A stretch of DNA of 64,000 nucleotides from Octopus sinensis (taxonomy: Eukaryota): NCBI RefSeq assembly GCF_006345805.1, contig NC_043003.1:55986001-56050000 (forward strand), in the 5' to 3' direction. How positions within the stretch are numbered: position 1 is the first letter of the stretch; each line of letters begins with the position of its first letter. Of this stretch, positions 10,780 to 22,912 are shown piece by piece. Both the position numbers and the translations under genes were made by a program. The notes beneath the pieces were generated by a model that searched no databases, was not told the DNA's origin, and was given only the letters and a program-made list of their open reading frames with translations.

Positions 10780-11400
10780 ACTCTGTGGAAAGAGTGTGGA
10801 AAACGTGACCCACTTGGTAAGTGTATGTGAGAGCCCTGCACGAAAAGAATTCAAACGCTGCCACGATAAAGTGTGTGTGTATCTTCATTGGCTCTTATGC
10901 CGTAAATACCAACACCAATATGAAGTAAATGGGAACTGGTATGAGCATGTATCACGTAAAGTTATGCAGGAGCATGGAAAAGTAACGATACTCTTGGACT
11001 ATGATAATCAGACGTATCTTTCAATCAAACACTGTCGACCAGATATTGTCATATTGAATAAGAGAGATAAATACATTTAGATCAATGACGTAGCCAGACC
11101 AGATGACATGAATGTTGTAAGTAAAGAGGTTGAAACAATCACCAACTACTCTGAATTGAAAGTGGAAATGGCAAGACTGTATGGAATGCGAGAGGATAAT
11201 ATAAAGGTGATACCAGTGCTGATCGGAGAGTTGGGCTCAACTCCATTGAAACTTCAAGACTTCTTAAAGCAACTGAAAATCCCGTGCAAGAATGATGTCT
11301 TGCAAAAAGCAGACATATTGAGCACAGCACACATCGTAAGGAGAGTATTATTTGTCTGAGGTCCTCATTGTTACTTGTCAGATAACTAAACACTCCGGTG
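10780..11400 (+). mobile_element. R4/Dong-type LINE 3' fragment (RLE domain)
   Basis: HLVSVC, HDKVCVYLHWLLCRKY, ILLDYD, RPDIVILNK, VIPVLIGELG, AHIVRRVL. Flanked by (AAC/AAT)n and (TAA)n. Confidence 0.85.
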
Positions 11401-11425
11401 CATTTTTACCTACATTGTTACAAAA

Positions 11426-11426
<1 letters not shown>

Positions 11427-11502
<76 letters not shown>

Positions 11503-11741
11503 TAATAATAATAATAACAATAATAACAACAATAATATTTTTTCCTACTATAGGTGCTAGGACTGAAGTTTATGAGAAGGAAGCTAGCCGATTAAATGGA
11601 CCCCGATACTTTACTGGTACTTAACGAAACGGTATCGAAATGGATGAAAAGCAAAGTGGATGATGGCGACATGTGAAATCAGAAATTGCAACTACTAAAA
11701 TCTAAACATTTTTCTTGACAATTAAGCGATTCTGATAATTG

Positions 11742-11803
<62 letters not shown>

Positions 11804-11845
11804 ATGAGGACGACGACGACGACGATGATGATGATGATGATGAAT
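11427..11845. repeat. (TAA)n and (GAT/GAC)n microsatellites separated by a decayed SINE fragment
   Basis: Read directly. 11585-11690 resembles the minus-strand SINE at 34612-34840. Confidence 0.85.
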
Positions 11846-12129
11846 TCCATGTAAGCTAGTGCTATAACGCATTTTCGAATAATGTTTATTGAATTTGCTA
11901 AAAGTCATCAATATATCATGGCTCTATCCATTGCCGTACCCTTTCCCCGACGACCAAAAGCCAGCAGCAGGGAAAACTTAGTAAACCTTTGTTAGCTTAA
12001 TCGTCTGGTTTTGTAAAGCTTCTTCAACGAAATGTATTAGTTTAACCAGAAGATATAGTTGAAAGGGTGTTTATATAGAAATCGTTAAGTATTTCATTTA
12101 TGTTCTTTTTTTTTATTATATCAATTTGC

Positions 12130-12395
12130 TGTCGTTTCATATACATTTACAGAACTACTTGTATATATGTTTATATACAATTGCGTCTATATGCGTGTGT
12201 ATGTAGATATTATCTGGATGTGTATATATGTAAATACAAGTATATATATATATATATATATAATCACACATATGTATATGTATATAGTTTTACACCTGTA
12301 TATATATAATTGCGTCTGTATACGTAATGTATGTATGTAGATATGCATATATATATATATATATATATAATATATATATATATATGCATATATAC

Positions 12396-12435
<40 letters not shown>

Positions 12436-13411
12436 ATTGAAATATATACATATACATATGTATATATAAACACACAAAGACATATATTTATATGTACACG
12501 CATACACACGCATATATATAACATTCTCTAATGTAGTCTTTTGAAAACACATACATACATAAGTGCAACACATACATACATGAATAGGTATATATACATA
12601 CACATACTCACACACATACACACACACACACATACACACACACACACATATATATATATATACAGATATGTATAAGTATATAAGTACATGTATAGATGTA
12701 TATATATGTGTATGTAATCATATACACATAATACGTCATGGAGCGTATTATTTTATTATATATAGATATAAAGATGTATATATATTATATATATATATAT
12801 ATATATACTGATAATATATAATAGACATATATATATAGATATTATATATATATATATACATATATATATATACACACATATCTCTCTTCTCTCTATATAT
12901 ATATAAAGATATATATATATAGATATATATAGAGAGAGTTAAATAGATAGATGCGTACATATATATATATACATATTTGCTTTGGAAAGTATTTATGTAA
13001 CCATCTATGGAAGTAATGGAAGTTTTACATATAAGAACATTTTAATAAACATAAATTTAGGCTGTAAAACCATTAGTAGAAAGCGTAACAGGTGAAAATT
13101 TAATTGAAGTGTATCTATGAATGTCTGGAGAAATATTTGCGTTGCGCCCCAGTCTTACTTATATAAATACTTGGAAAACACAGACATACACACATAAACA
13201 AAGAAAAACGTACCACACACAATATATATATTTAAGTTTTGTGTAACATATATGTATACTCAAATATTTTGTACATATATATATATATATATATGATATA
13301 TATATATATATACTATATATATATATGTGTATATGCAAACATATATATACATATACATATATGATATTGCATATATGTATATACATATATATATATATGT
13401 ATATGTATTAT

Positions 13412-13477
<66 letters not shown>

Positions 13478-13478
13478 A

Positions 13479-13509
<31 letters not shown>

Positions 13510-13600
13510 CATACACAGACATATTATATATATATATGTATGTATATATCAAATGGACACACACACACACACATATATATGTATCGGTGTATGTCTGTAG
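12130..13600. repeat. Degenerate (TA)n/(TG)n/(CA)n microsatellite field
   Basis: Read directly; source of many spurious YI/VC ORFs. Confidence 0.9.
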
Positions 13601-14095
13601 TAAACGCTAAGATGGTTGCTGAGTGAATAATATGTTTTGACGTTGATCTGGCAAGACTAGTGTGGAAAATGTTATGTTGCTTTTATTTCTGACCAAGGAG
13701 ATTTCCGGTCAAACACATTCCAATCGTGACAAATCGCATTTCTCTTCCCCAAGACTTACTATCTCTTATTGTAGCTTATGAAAGGCCCACGTCCTTTTCT
13801 TTTTTGATTTGTTTTTCTCATGTTTTATTCATTAATTAATTTATTTATTTATTTAGCTATTTATACATTTAATTATTTATTTGAAGCTTTTAAGACACGA
13901 TGTGACGGTTTGACTGATATTTCGTTGCTGCTATTTCTGTTAGGTCGAGTTAATATGTAGCCATTTGAGATTACGGCATAAGAATAACAATTCAAAACGT
14001 ACAGGTATGTGTGCATGTCTGTGAGTACATGTATATTTGTGTGTGGTTATATATTAGGTTGTCCGCAAAGTTCTGGGCGTTTTATAATATACTCT

Positions 14096-14514
14096 TTACT
14101 CTTTTTACTCTTTTTACTTGTTTCAGTCATTTGACTGCGCCATGCTGGAGCACCGCCTTTAGTCGAGCAAATCGACCCCGGACTTATTCTTTGTAAGCCC
14201 AGTACTTACTCTATCGGTCTCTTTTGCCGAACCGCTAAGTTACGGGACGTACGATAAACACACCAGCATCGGTTGTCAAGCAATGCTAGGGGAAACCAAC
14301 ACAGACATACAAACATATTCACACACACTTATATATATATACATATATACGACAGGCTTCTTTCAGTTTCCGTCTACCAAATCCATTCACAAGGCATTGG
14401 TCGGCCGGGGCTATAGCAGAAGACACGTGCACAAGATGCCACGCAGTGGGACTGAACCCGGAACCATGTGGTGGTGGTAGCAAGCTACGTAACAAACAGC
14501 CCACTCCTGCGCCT
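14096..14514 (-). mobile_element. tRNA-derived SINE (octopus OK/OR-like), near full length
   Basis: Minus-strand head aggcgcaggagtgg...ggttccgggttcagtcccactgcgtgg, internal (TA/CA) tract, tail ggcggtgctccagcatgg...gactgaaacaagtaaaaag. Near-identical to 47601-48001. Confidence 0.9.
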
Positions 14515-14589
14515 ATATGCGAAAAGATAATAAATAATTGACCTTTCAATAGATTTTATTCAATAAAATAATTTCCATTATTATTAATG

Positions 14590-15594
14590 CCCTTTGCCCA
14601 TCTATCATGCAATTTAAACATTCCTTCACCTTAAACATTCTATCACCACAAAATGTGACTGGTTTTTAAGAAAAAAGTTATCTAGATGCATTTTGACTCC
14701 ATAAAAATCGTTAAATGGTTTTCCTTGCAATGAGTTTTGTAGAGATAAAAAAATAAGTAGTAGTTGGATGGCGCGCAATATCAGAATATGGTACATGAGG
14801 TAAGAGATCCCAGCTAAGTTCATGTAACTTTGTTCAGGTAGCCAAAGACATGTGGTCGAGCATTGTCCTGTTGGAACACTACCCCTTTTCTATTGGCAAT
14901 CTCCGGCCTCAGTTGTTTTAATTTTTTTTTTCTCTGGTCAAATTAGCCAGCTGACGGCAGTACACATCCGAGTTTATGGTCTGGATTTGTTGTACTAGTT
15001 AATGCTAAATAATGCGGTTATGATTCCACTAAACACAAAGCATAGCTTTTTTTGGCATGGATATTCATATTTAGCTGCTGTTTTGGGTGTTCCTTACGCA
15101 AACTCCAGGATCTTTTTTTACGCTACGTTTTCGTACACAATCCATTTTTCATCTCCAGTCACAAATTGTTTAAAAAAGGCATACTTTCATTCCGTTTCAA
15201 AAGCACAACACAAATGGAATACGGGTCCAAGCAATTATTTTCTAAGAGTTTATGATGTGCTCATACATTATAGCGAGAAATGTATCGCAGCTGCACGAAG
15301 TATTCATGAGCCGTACTTTTAGAAATGTTCACCCTCCTCTGCAAGTTCTCTGGTCGTGACATTTGAGTTTTCTTCCACTTTTGACTTCAAAACATCTTCA
15401 TCCAATTTCGAATGTCTTCCACTGCGACTGTCATCTTCCAGCTTTCAATTTTGCAAACCACCTTCTAACAGTTGACTTGCCTACAGCATCATCACCATAA
15501 AATTCACAAATGTTTTTGCAAGGCGATGCAGCATTTTCTCTTTTTAAAAAAAGAAAATCGTTACAAAGCGAATATGAAATTTTCGGTTATCCAT
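14590..15594 (-). pseudogene. Mariner transposase pseudogene
   Basis: FVTGDEKWIVYENV, QQDNARPHV, WDLLPHVPYSDIA and FLSLQNSLQGKPFN, with many stops and frameshifts. Confidence 0.9.
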
Positions 15595-15780
15595 TTCAAA
15601 TGTCAATAAAGGGTAACTGGAATGAAAGTTAGATGTATTTTTAGATAGGAACAAAGAAGAGATGTACAACCACTTCAAGCAACGCTAAAGGTTTAACTGT
15701 GTTACGTTTCAGTGGTGTTCAATGAAGCGTTAAAGGATTTAGCTTTCAGCTTAAAAACGCTCGGACCGTACAGGACAACG

Positions 15781-15811
<31 letters not shown>

Positions 15812-15819
<8 letters not shown>

Positions 15820-17144
15820 AATAAAATAGAATATATGCATATATATAACATATATGTACGTACCTACCTCTACATGTACATATACACGCATATATGTGTA
15901 CAGGACACCAAAAAGACGTCGAACACATAGAGAGACGAAACACATAGACACAAACCAAGGAACAAGACAAGCAAAAAAAAGGGAGAGATACAGGACAATA
16001 AGCACAACGAAAAAACCCCCTTCTTCAGTCGCTAAGATTTCATCTACTAAACGTTTCGAAGGATAAAAGCGCGAGACGTATACTTCGAAGAAAAATTCCT
16101 TCCCGCGAAAAGCAAATCAATTAAAATTCTGAGATCTTTCGCAGAGGGGTAAAAAAAAAAGGCAAGACGGTAACGACAGTACAAACATATAAACAGTAAA
16201 AAATATATATATAAACAGTGGAAAAATAAATATATAACAGTGAGAGACAAGACAAGGAGAACAAGATAAGAAGGGCTTGTTAACGCCAGACGAAAAAAGT
16301 ATTGTAAACGCTGGATTATCGTGGAAGACAGAGAGGGAAATTTTGTCAACCAGAAGCCTTGCAAGGCGGGAGAGAAAAGACAGGATAGCAGTTACGACGG
16401 AAGTATCGTCGCAGATGGATGACGGGAATGGGGGAGGAGGAGCAAGAGGAAGAGAGAGAGAAGAAGGGGAATGGTGTGAGGAGACCATGAAGAATGGTGA
16501 AAGGGAGAGAGAGAATGAAGAATGAGAGAGAGAGGAAGAGACAAGTTAAGTGAGGGAAACAAAGACGAAAAAGGGAATGGGAGAGAAAGAAAGAAAGATG
16601 CAGAGTCGCGTGAGAGTTAATATCAAGGCTAACTTGATAAACAGAACAATCTTACTTAGTAGGGTGCGTGCGTTTAATCGTATAATATGTTAATAAAATA
16701 GAATATATGCATATATAAACATATATGTACGTACCTACCTCTACATGTACATATACAACGCATATATGTGTACAGGACACCAAAAAGACGTCGAACACAT
16801 AGAGAGACGAAACACATAGACACAAACCAAGGACAAGACAAGCAAAAAAAGGGAGAGATACAGGACAATAAGCACAACGAAAAAACCCCCTTCTTCAGTC
16901 GCTAAGATTTCATCTACTAAACGTTTCGAAGGATAAAAGCGAGACGTATACTTCGAAGAAAAATTCCTTCCCGCGAAAAGCAAATCAATTAAAATTCTGA
17001 GATCTTTTCGCAGAGGGGTAAAAAAAAAGGCAAGACGGTAACGACAGTACAAACATATAAACAGTAAAAAATATATATATAAACAGTGGAAAAATAAATA
17101 TATAACAGTGAGAGACAAGACAAGGAGAACAAGATAAGAAGGGC
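15812..17144 (-). mobile_element. A-B-A' partial tandem (period ~870 bp) of a Penelope-like repeat, each A with a circularly permuted hammerhead-like motif
   Basis: A 15812-16276 and A' 16685-17144 are near-identical. Minus strand ccttc-GAAAC-GTT-tagtagatgaaatcttagcga-CTGAAGA-a-ggggg at 16016-16062 and 16886-16932. Confidence 0.7.
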
Positions 17145-17762
17145 ATATCAACAATCAAGGAACGGCCATGATAGGCCATTCACCCACTAGAAATAACAGC
17201 CAAAGCTTCAACCGCAAATAAAGATTAATTCCGTAAACAGGAGAAAATTTAAAAAAACATTTACCCTGTAATTTCTTGTACGATGCACCGTTTCATCATC
17301 TGCTGTTTAATGGTAACTAACCTGATTAAATTAAATCAAGCCAATCTTCCATAGGCCCTCAGATTCTTCAGCAAGAATAGCCAAGTCGGAACAGATATTT
17401 TCACGAGGCATTTCCGACCCTGCCAAGGTAATATCTGACCTAAAATTTTCAAATCGTAGCACTCGCGCCAAATTTATCGGCAGCAAATAAATATAAGCCG
17501 TCGATTCCATTACGGAATTAACCAGAAAATTCATAATTAATCAATATAGGGTGGCAAAAAAAATTTTGTAGAATTCTTTTTGCCACCAGTGGCCTAGTGG
17601 GAAAAAATTAAATAGTCATAGACCATTTTTAAGTTCAACATCAACAATCAAGGAACGGCCATGATAGGCCATTCACCCACTAGAAATAACAGCCAAAGCT
17701 TCAACCGCAAATAAAGATTAATTCCGTAAACAGGAGAAAAATTAAAAAACATTTACCCTGTA

Positions 17763-17868
17763 ATTTCTTGTACGATGCACCGTTTCATCTGCTGTTTAAT
17801 GGTAAACTACCTGATTAAATTAAATCAAGCCAATCTTCCATAGGCCCTCAGATTCTTCAGCAAGAAAT
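17763..17868 (-). ncRNA. Type I hammerhead with extended stem II (unit 2, intact)
   Basis: Reverse complement of atttcttg-tac-gatgcacc-gtttc-atctg...cagat-tcttcag-caagaaat. Confidence 0.85.
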
Positions 17869-19438
17869 AGCCAAGTCGGAACAGATTTTCACGAGGCATT
17901 TCCGACCCTGCCAAGGTAATATCTGACCTAAAATTTTCAAATCGTCGCACTCGCGCCAAATTTATCGGCAGCAAATAAATATAAGCCGTCGATTCCATTA
18001 CGGAATTAACCAGAAAATTCATAATTAATCAATATAGGGTGGCAAAAAAAATTTTGTAGAATTCTTTTTGCCACCAGCGGCCTAGTGGCAAAAAATTAAA
18101 TAGTCATAGACCATTTTTAAGTTCAACAACAACAATCAAGGAACGGCCATGATAGGCCATTCACCCACTAGAAATAACAGCCAAAGCTTCAACCGCAAAT
18201 AAAGATTAATTCCGTAAACAGGAGAAAATTTAAAAAACATTTACCCTGTAATTTCTTGTACGATGCACCGTTCATCTGCTGTTTAATGTAAACTAACCTG
18301 ATTAATTAAATCAAGCCAATCTTCCATAGGCCCTCAGATTCTTCAGCAAGAAATAGCCAAGTCGGAACAGATATTTTCACGAGGCATTTCCGACCCTGCC
18401 AAGGTAATATCTGACCTAAAATTTTCAAATCGTCGCACTCGCGCCAAATTATCGGCAGCAATAAATATAAGCCGTCGATTCCATTACGGAATTAACCAGA
18501 ATTCATAATTAATCAATAGGGTGGCAAAAAAAAATTTTGTAGAATTCTTTTTGCCACCAGCGGCCTAGTGGGAAAAAATTAAATAGTCATAGACCATTTT
18601 TAAGTTCAACATCAACAATCAAGGAACGGCCATGATAGGCCATTCACCCACTAGAAATAACAGCCAAAGCTTCAACCGCAAATAAAGATAATCCTTCCGA
18701 AACAGGAGAAAATTTAAAAAACATTTACCCTGTAATTTCTTGTACGATGCACCGTTTCATCTGCTGTTTAATGGTAAACTAACCCTATATTGATTAATAT
18801 GAAATTTTCTGGTTAATTCCGTAATGGAATCGACGGCTATATTTATTTGCTGCCGATAATTTGGCGCGAGTGCGACGATTTGAAAATTTTAGGTCAGAAT
18901 TACCTTGGCAGGGTCGGAAATGCCTCGTGAAAATATCTGTTCCGACTTGGCTATTTCTTGCTGAAGATCTGAGGGCCCATGGAAGATTGGCTTGATTTAA
19001 TTTAATCAGGTTAGTTTACCATTAAACAGCAGATGAAACGGTGCATCGTACAAGAAATTACAGGGTAAATGTTTTTTAATTTTCTCCTGTTTACGGAATT
19101 AATCTTTATTTGCGGTTGAAGCTTTGGCTGTTATTTCTAGTGGGTGAATGGCCTATCATGGCCGTTCCTTGATTGTTGATGTTGAACTTAAAAATGGTCT
19201 ATGACTATTTAATTTTTTCCACTAGGCGCTGGTGGCAAAAAGAATTCTACAAAATTTTTTTTGCACACTATATTGATTAATTATGAATTTTCTGGTTAAT
19301 TCCGTAAGAGGAATCGACGGCTTATATTTATTTGCTGCCGATAAATTTGGCGCGAGTGCGACGATTTGAAAATTTTAGGTCAGATATTACCTTGGCAGGG
19401 TCGGAATGCCTCGTGAAAATATCTGTTCCGACTTGGCT

Positions 19439-19544
19439 ATTTCTTGCTGAAGAATCTGAGGCCTATGGAAGATTGGCTTGATTTAATTTAATCAGGTTAG
19501 TTTACCATTAAACAGCAGATGAAACGGTGCATCGTACAAGAAAT
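19439..19544 (+). ncRNA. Type I hammerhead with extended stem II (inverted unit, intact), predicted cleavage after 19536
   Basis: atttcttg-CTGAAGA-atctg-(57 nt)-cagat-GAAAC-ggtgcatc-GTA-caagaaat: 8-bp stem I, 5-bp stem II base, near-palindromic stem III. Confidence 0.88.
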
Positions 19545-19766
19545 TACAGGGTAAATGTTTTTAAATTTTCTCCTGTTTACGGATTAATCTTTATTTGCGG
19601 TTGAAGCTTTGGCTGTTTTTCTAGTGGGTGAATGGCCTATCATGGCCGTTCTTGATTGTTGATGTGGAACTTAAAAATGGTCTATGACTATTTAATTTTT
19701 TCCCACTAGGCCGCTGGTGGCAAAAAGAATTCTACAAATTTTTTTTTGCCACCCTATATTGATTAA

Positions 19767-19852
<86 letters not shown>

Positions 19853-19963
19853 ACATATATATATATTTATATATATATATATATACATACATACATCCAT
19901 ACATACATACACACACATATATATATATGTGTGTGTATGTATATATATACATATATATAGAAT

Positions 19964-20364
19964 ATTACTACTAAAAAGGGTTCGGCAAAAGATTGCCTCG
20001 CCGCATACCGAAGTTCAGAAATAGCATCAAAAATCTTAGCTATTTCTTCTACTTTACAAAGGGTCTTCCAGAGAACTCAAAATACCTGAAGTTTAAACAC
20101 ACACGCAGAAGGTAAAACAAACGAAAATCAATCGATATCTGATCATCCATAGACGCGCGTTTCTTAATTATGTTTCACATAAAGAATATAAAAAAAATAT
20201 ACTTTACCAACCATATTCTTCATCAGTATGGATACCCTGTTAAAATCCGGAGTTCTCTGGAAGACCATTTTAAAGTAGAAGAAATAGCTAAGATTTTGGC
20301 TGCTATTTCTGAACTTCGGTATGCGGCGAGGCAATTCTTTTGCCGAACCCTTTTTATTAGTATT
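19964..20364. mobile_element. ~400-bp element with ~114-bp terminal inverted repeats and an internal hammerhead
   Basis: Arms 19964-20078 and 20250-20364 are reverse complements (aaaaagggttcggcaaaag...cttccagagaactc). Confidence 0.85.
20145..20233 (-). ncRNA. Type I hammerhead, core intact, extended stem II
   Basis: Minus strand atccata-CTGATGA-agaatat...atattct-ttatgtgaaacataattaa-GAAAC-GCGC-GTC-tatggat: 7-bp stem I, palindromic ACGCGCGT stem III. Confidence 0.8.
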
Positions 20365-20557
20365 ACTAAAATTTACCGTGTTAGAGGTCCTGTTTTCATA
20401 CCGAATCGTACTTGGTGAAATTTATTGATTACTTCTTAATTAATTAGTTTTACCCATTGTTATTATTGATATATAACTTAAAATAACTTAGAATAACTTA
20501 GAAAGGTTTTGGCCAGTATTGGCCCAGGCCATGTCTAACTTAATAGCACCACCCATT

Positions 20558-20593
<36 letters not shown>

Positions 20594-21239
20594 GATAGAT
20601 GGTTACAGTTATGCCTCCATTTTCTGATGTATGTATTCTTAAACAACTATATATACAGTTATCAATACGATGGATATCTTCATATTTAATATTTTGCACT
20701 GACAGTAATAAAAAAAAATCTTGGCTAAGTGAGTTTTTACGTCAAGGAAAAAGTATGCAATGAACCACAAGACTTTCCGGTGGTGGATTTCTTTTGGTAG
20801 AATTTGGTCGGTGGGCAAATTTTTATTTTTTGGCACTGTTCCCACCCTTCAATACCCGTTCTACAGCTCTCACCAAATTCCATTTGGTACCTTCATGAAC
20901 GGTTGCATGATGAATGTCGTTACATAACACTTATTCCTTTGTATTATTATCTTCTCCATAGTAATTCTGACACTCGTCTCAAAGAGTAGGGTTAAGTGTA
21001 CTTTGAAACATTTTAGACGACGTACGGTATTTCAAACTGGATAGAGCGGGAATTACGTCAAAATAACATACACACGCCCAACTTCAGCATATTTTCTGTC
21101 TAGGAATTTACGTCATGACATCCCCCACAACTACGCATACATACGTGTCTAAATATATATACTTATATGATTGACCACCATGATTGACCGCTAGCTCTAA
21201 AAGAGTTTTTTAATCCTCTCTCTCTCTCTCTCTCTCTCT

Positions 21240-21370
21240 TTATTTCCTCGTGTTTCTGTCTGTTGAAGAGCGTAGGCACGAAACGTAAAAGACTTTCTCA
21301 CCTTCCCGAGCGTTAAAGTAATATACATGTTTGTTGTCTTCGTCTTTAGTTTTTCTGTAAATTTCAAATA
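21240..21370 (+). mobile_element. Penelope-like fragment with variant hammerhead (21254-21293), ending in (TA)n
   Basis: CTGTTGA-a-gagc-gtag-gcac-GAAAC-GTA-aaagac. The downstream ttcccgagcgttaa motif is shared with 4866-5020 and 35255-35300. Confidence 0.6.
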
Positions 21371-21969
21371 TATATATATATATATGTATAAAGTATATAT
21401 ATAAAGGAATACAAAAATGGGGCAAGAACGCAAGACATCAAGACAGTTAGATGATCTAAGAAAGGGACAAGAAAAAAACACGGACGTGTCATTCGGAGTT
21501 TTCTTTCCTTAGTCAAGTTCCTGATTATCTTTGCAATTTCGGCTGGTTATACTTGAGATCGTTCCAATCTGGCAAGCTCCAAGGAAAAACTAAACTAAGA
21601 GCACTAGTATACGAAATCAAGGGCGGAAATAAACGAGAAATGGTACACGAATGTAAATGCAAATAACATGACATTAACCCCAGGTGTCTTTCGAATAAGG
21701 ACGAATTCAATTAAGCTGGAGCGTGTGGAAGTTAAAACTTACGGTAGGGATATAAGGGATGACAGGCATGGGGAGGAATATAGATGTTGCACGGAGAGTA
21801 GTCGAACGAAGAAAGAAAGGTTAAGCTTGACCGAACACCGGTCACGTATAGATAGATGAGAGAGAGAGAGAGAGAGTTAGAAAGAGAGAGAAAGAAAGAG
21901 AAACAAAGTGATAATAGAGAGATATTTGTCAGGGAACAAATTTCTTACTCACACAAACATGCTTGTGTA

Positions 21970-22100
21970 TACATACGTACATACATACATACATACATAC
22001 ATACATACATACATACATACATACATACATACATACATACATACATACATACACTCATGTGTATATACACATACATACATTTATACATGTATACATACGT
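21970..22100. repeat. (TACA)n microsatellite
   Basis: Read directly. Similar (ATGT/TACA)n tracts at 25585-25800, 27255-27350 and 42625-42730. Confidence 0.95.
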
Positions 22101-22880
22101 AGTTCACATATCTACAGAAGAAAACAATGGCGCGGCGCTATAATCCTGAATAAAGGAATCTTCCAATATTTTTACATTTACTCGGTAAACGTGAAATTCT
22201 TGTTGCTTCAGGGGAAAGAAAAGCGAATGAAAATATGTGGAAAAAAAAACAGAAAGAAAAGTAAAGACAAAACTGAAGAGAAAGGAATGGAATTTTTTTT
22301 TTTTATACAGGCGTCATTACAATCTAGCCAAGTATTTTTAAAGAAGCAATGCAACTACAATGAAACATTCCTTTTTATTTTAAACATCGGAACTAATCAC
22401 ATCCAATAATCTTTGTCGTTTATGCCCATAATCTGCTGACTTAACGAAGAATCTGAACAAAAATATTTCGAATGTTGTTGTTGAATATTCTTAAGAGACT
22501 AAAGTATTTTTTTTGTCTTTTTTATCAATATTAAATGTGGGTAATTTTTAACCCATTTTGAATGGTAACGATATTCGGAAACGTAACTCATTTATGAAAG
22601 AACATTCGAAAACTTTCTATCATTTAACATCACCCTTTTCTTCTACATGTTTCTTTCTCCGTCTATACACTCACTCTATATAAACACCTACATGTATACC
22701 CGTATATATGTGTGTGTGTGTGTGTGAGTATGTGTGTGTGTACTATGTAGACCGATAGATACATGGATGTATACAGCCATACGTACATACATACATACGC
22801 AACTTCTTAGATAGATATCACATATATGTGCATAAGTGTATATATATATACATATACGTATTATATATACATATACGTAT

Positions 22881-22912
<32 letters not shown>

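Larger units (their letters stand above)
14054..15783 (-). mobile_element. Full-length dead mariner transposon interrupted by a SINE
   Basis: Degenerate TIRs ttaggttgtccgcaaagttctgggcgtttta (14054-14084) and the reverse complement of taaaaacgctcggaccgtacaggacaacgtaa (15752-15783), each bounded by TA. About 1.3 kb without the SINE. Confidence 0.85.
17145..19766. repeat. ~487-bp tandem array, ~3.35 units on one strand plus ~2 inverted units, one hammerhead per unit (retrozyme-like)
   Basis: Units restart near 17145, 17640, 18127 and 18610. Inversion junction at 18782-18784. Predicted cleavage sites are 492, 488, 484 and 486 nt apart. Confidence 0.95.

Noticed and set aside
16277-16525. 82-aa ORF in segment B
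   Set aside because: Purine-rich low complexity with no recognisable domain.
17145-19766. rDNA/5S/snRNA tandem or coding repeat
   Set aside because: No recognisable rRNA or snRNA motifs; the ~65-aa ORFs differ by indels between units.
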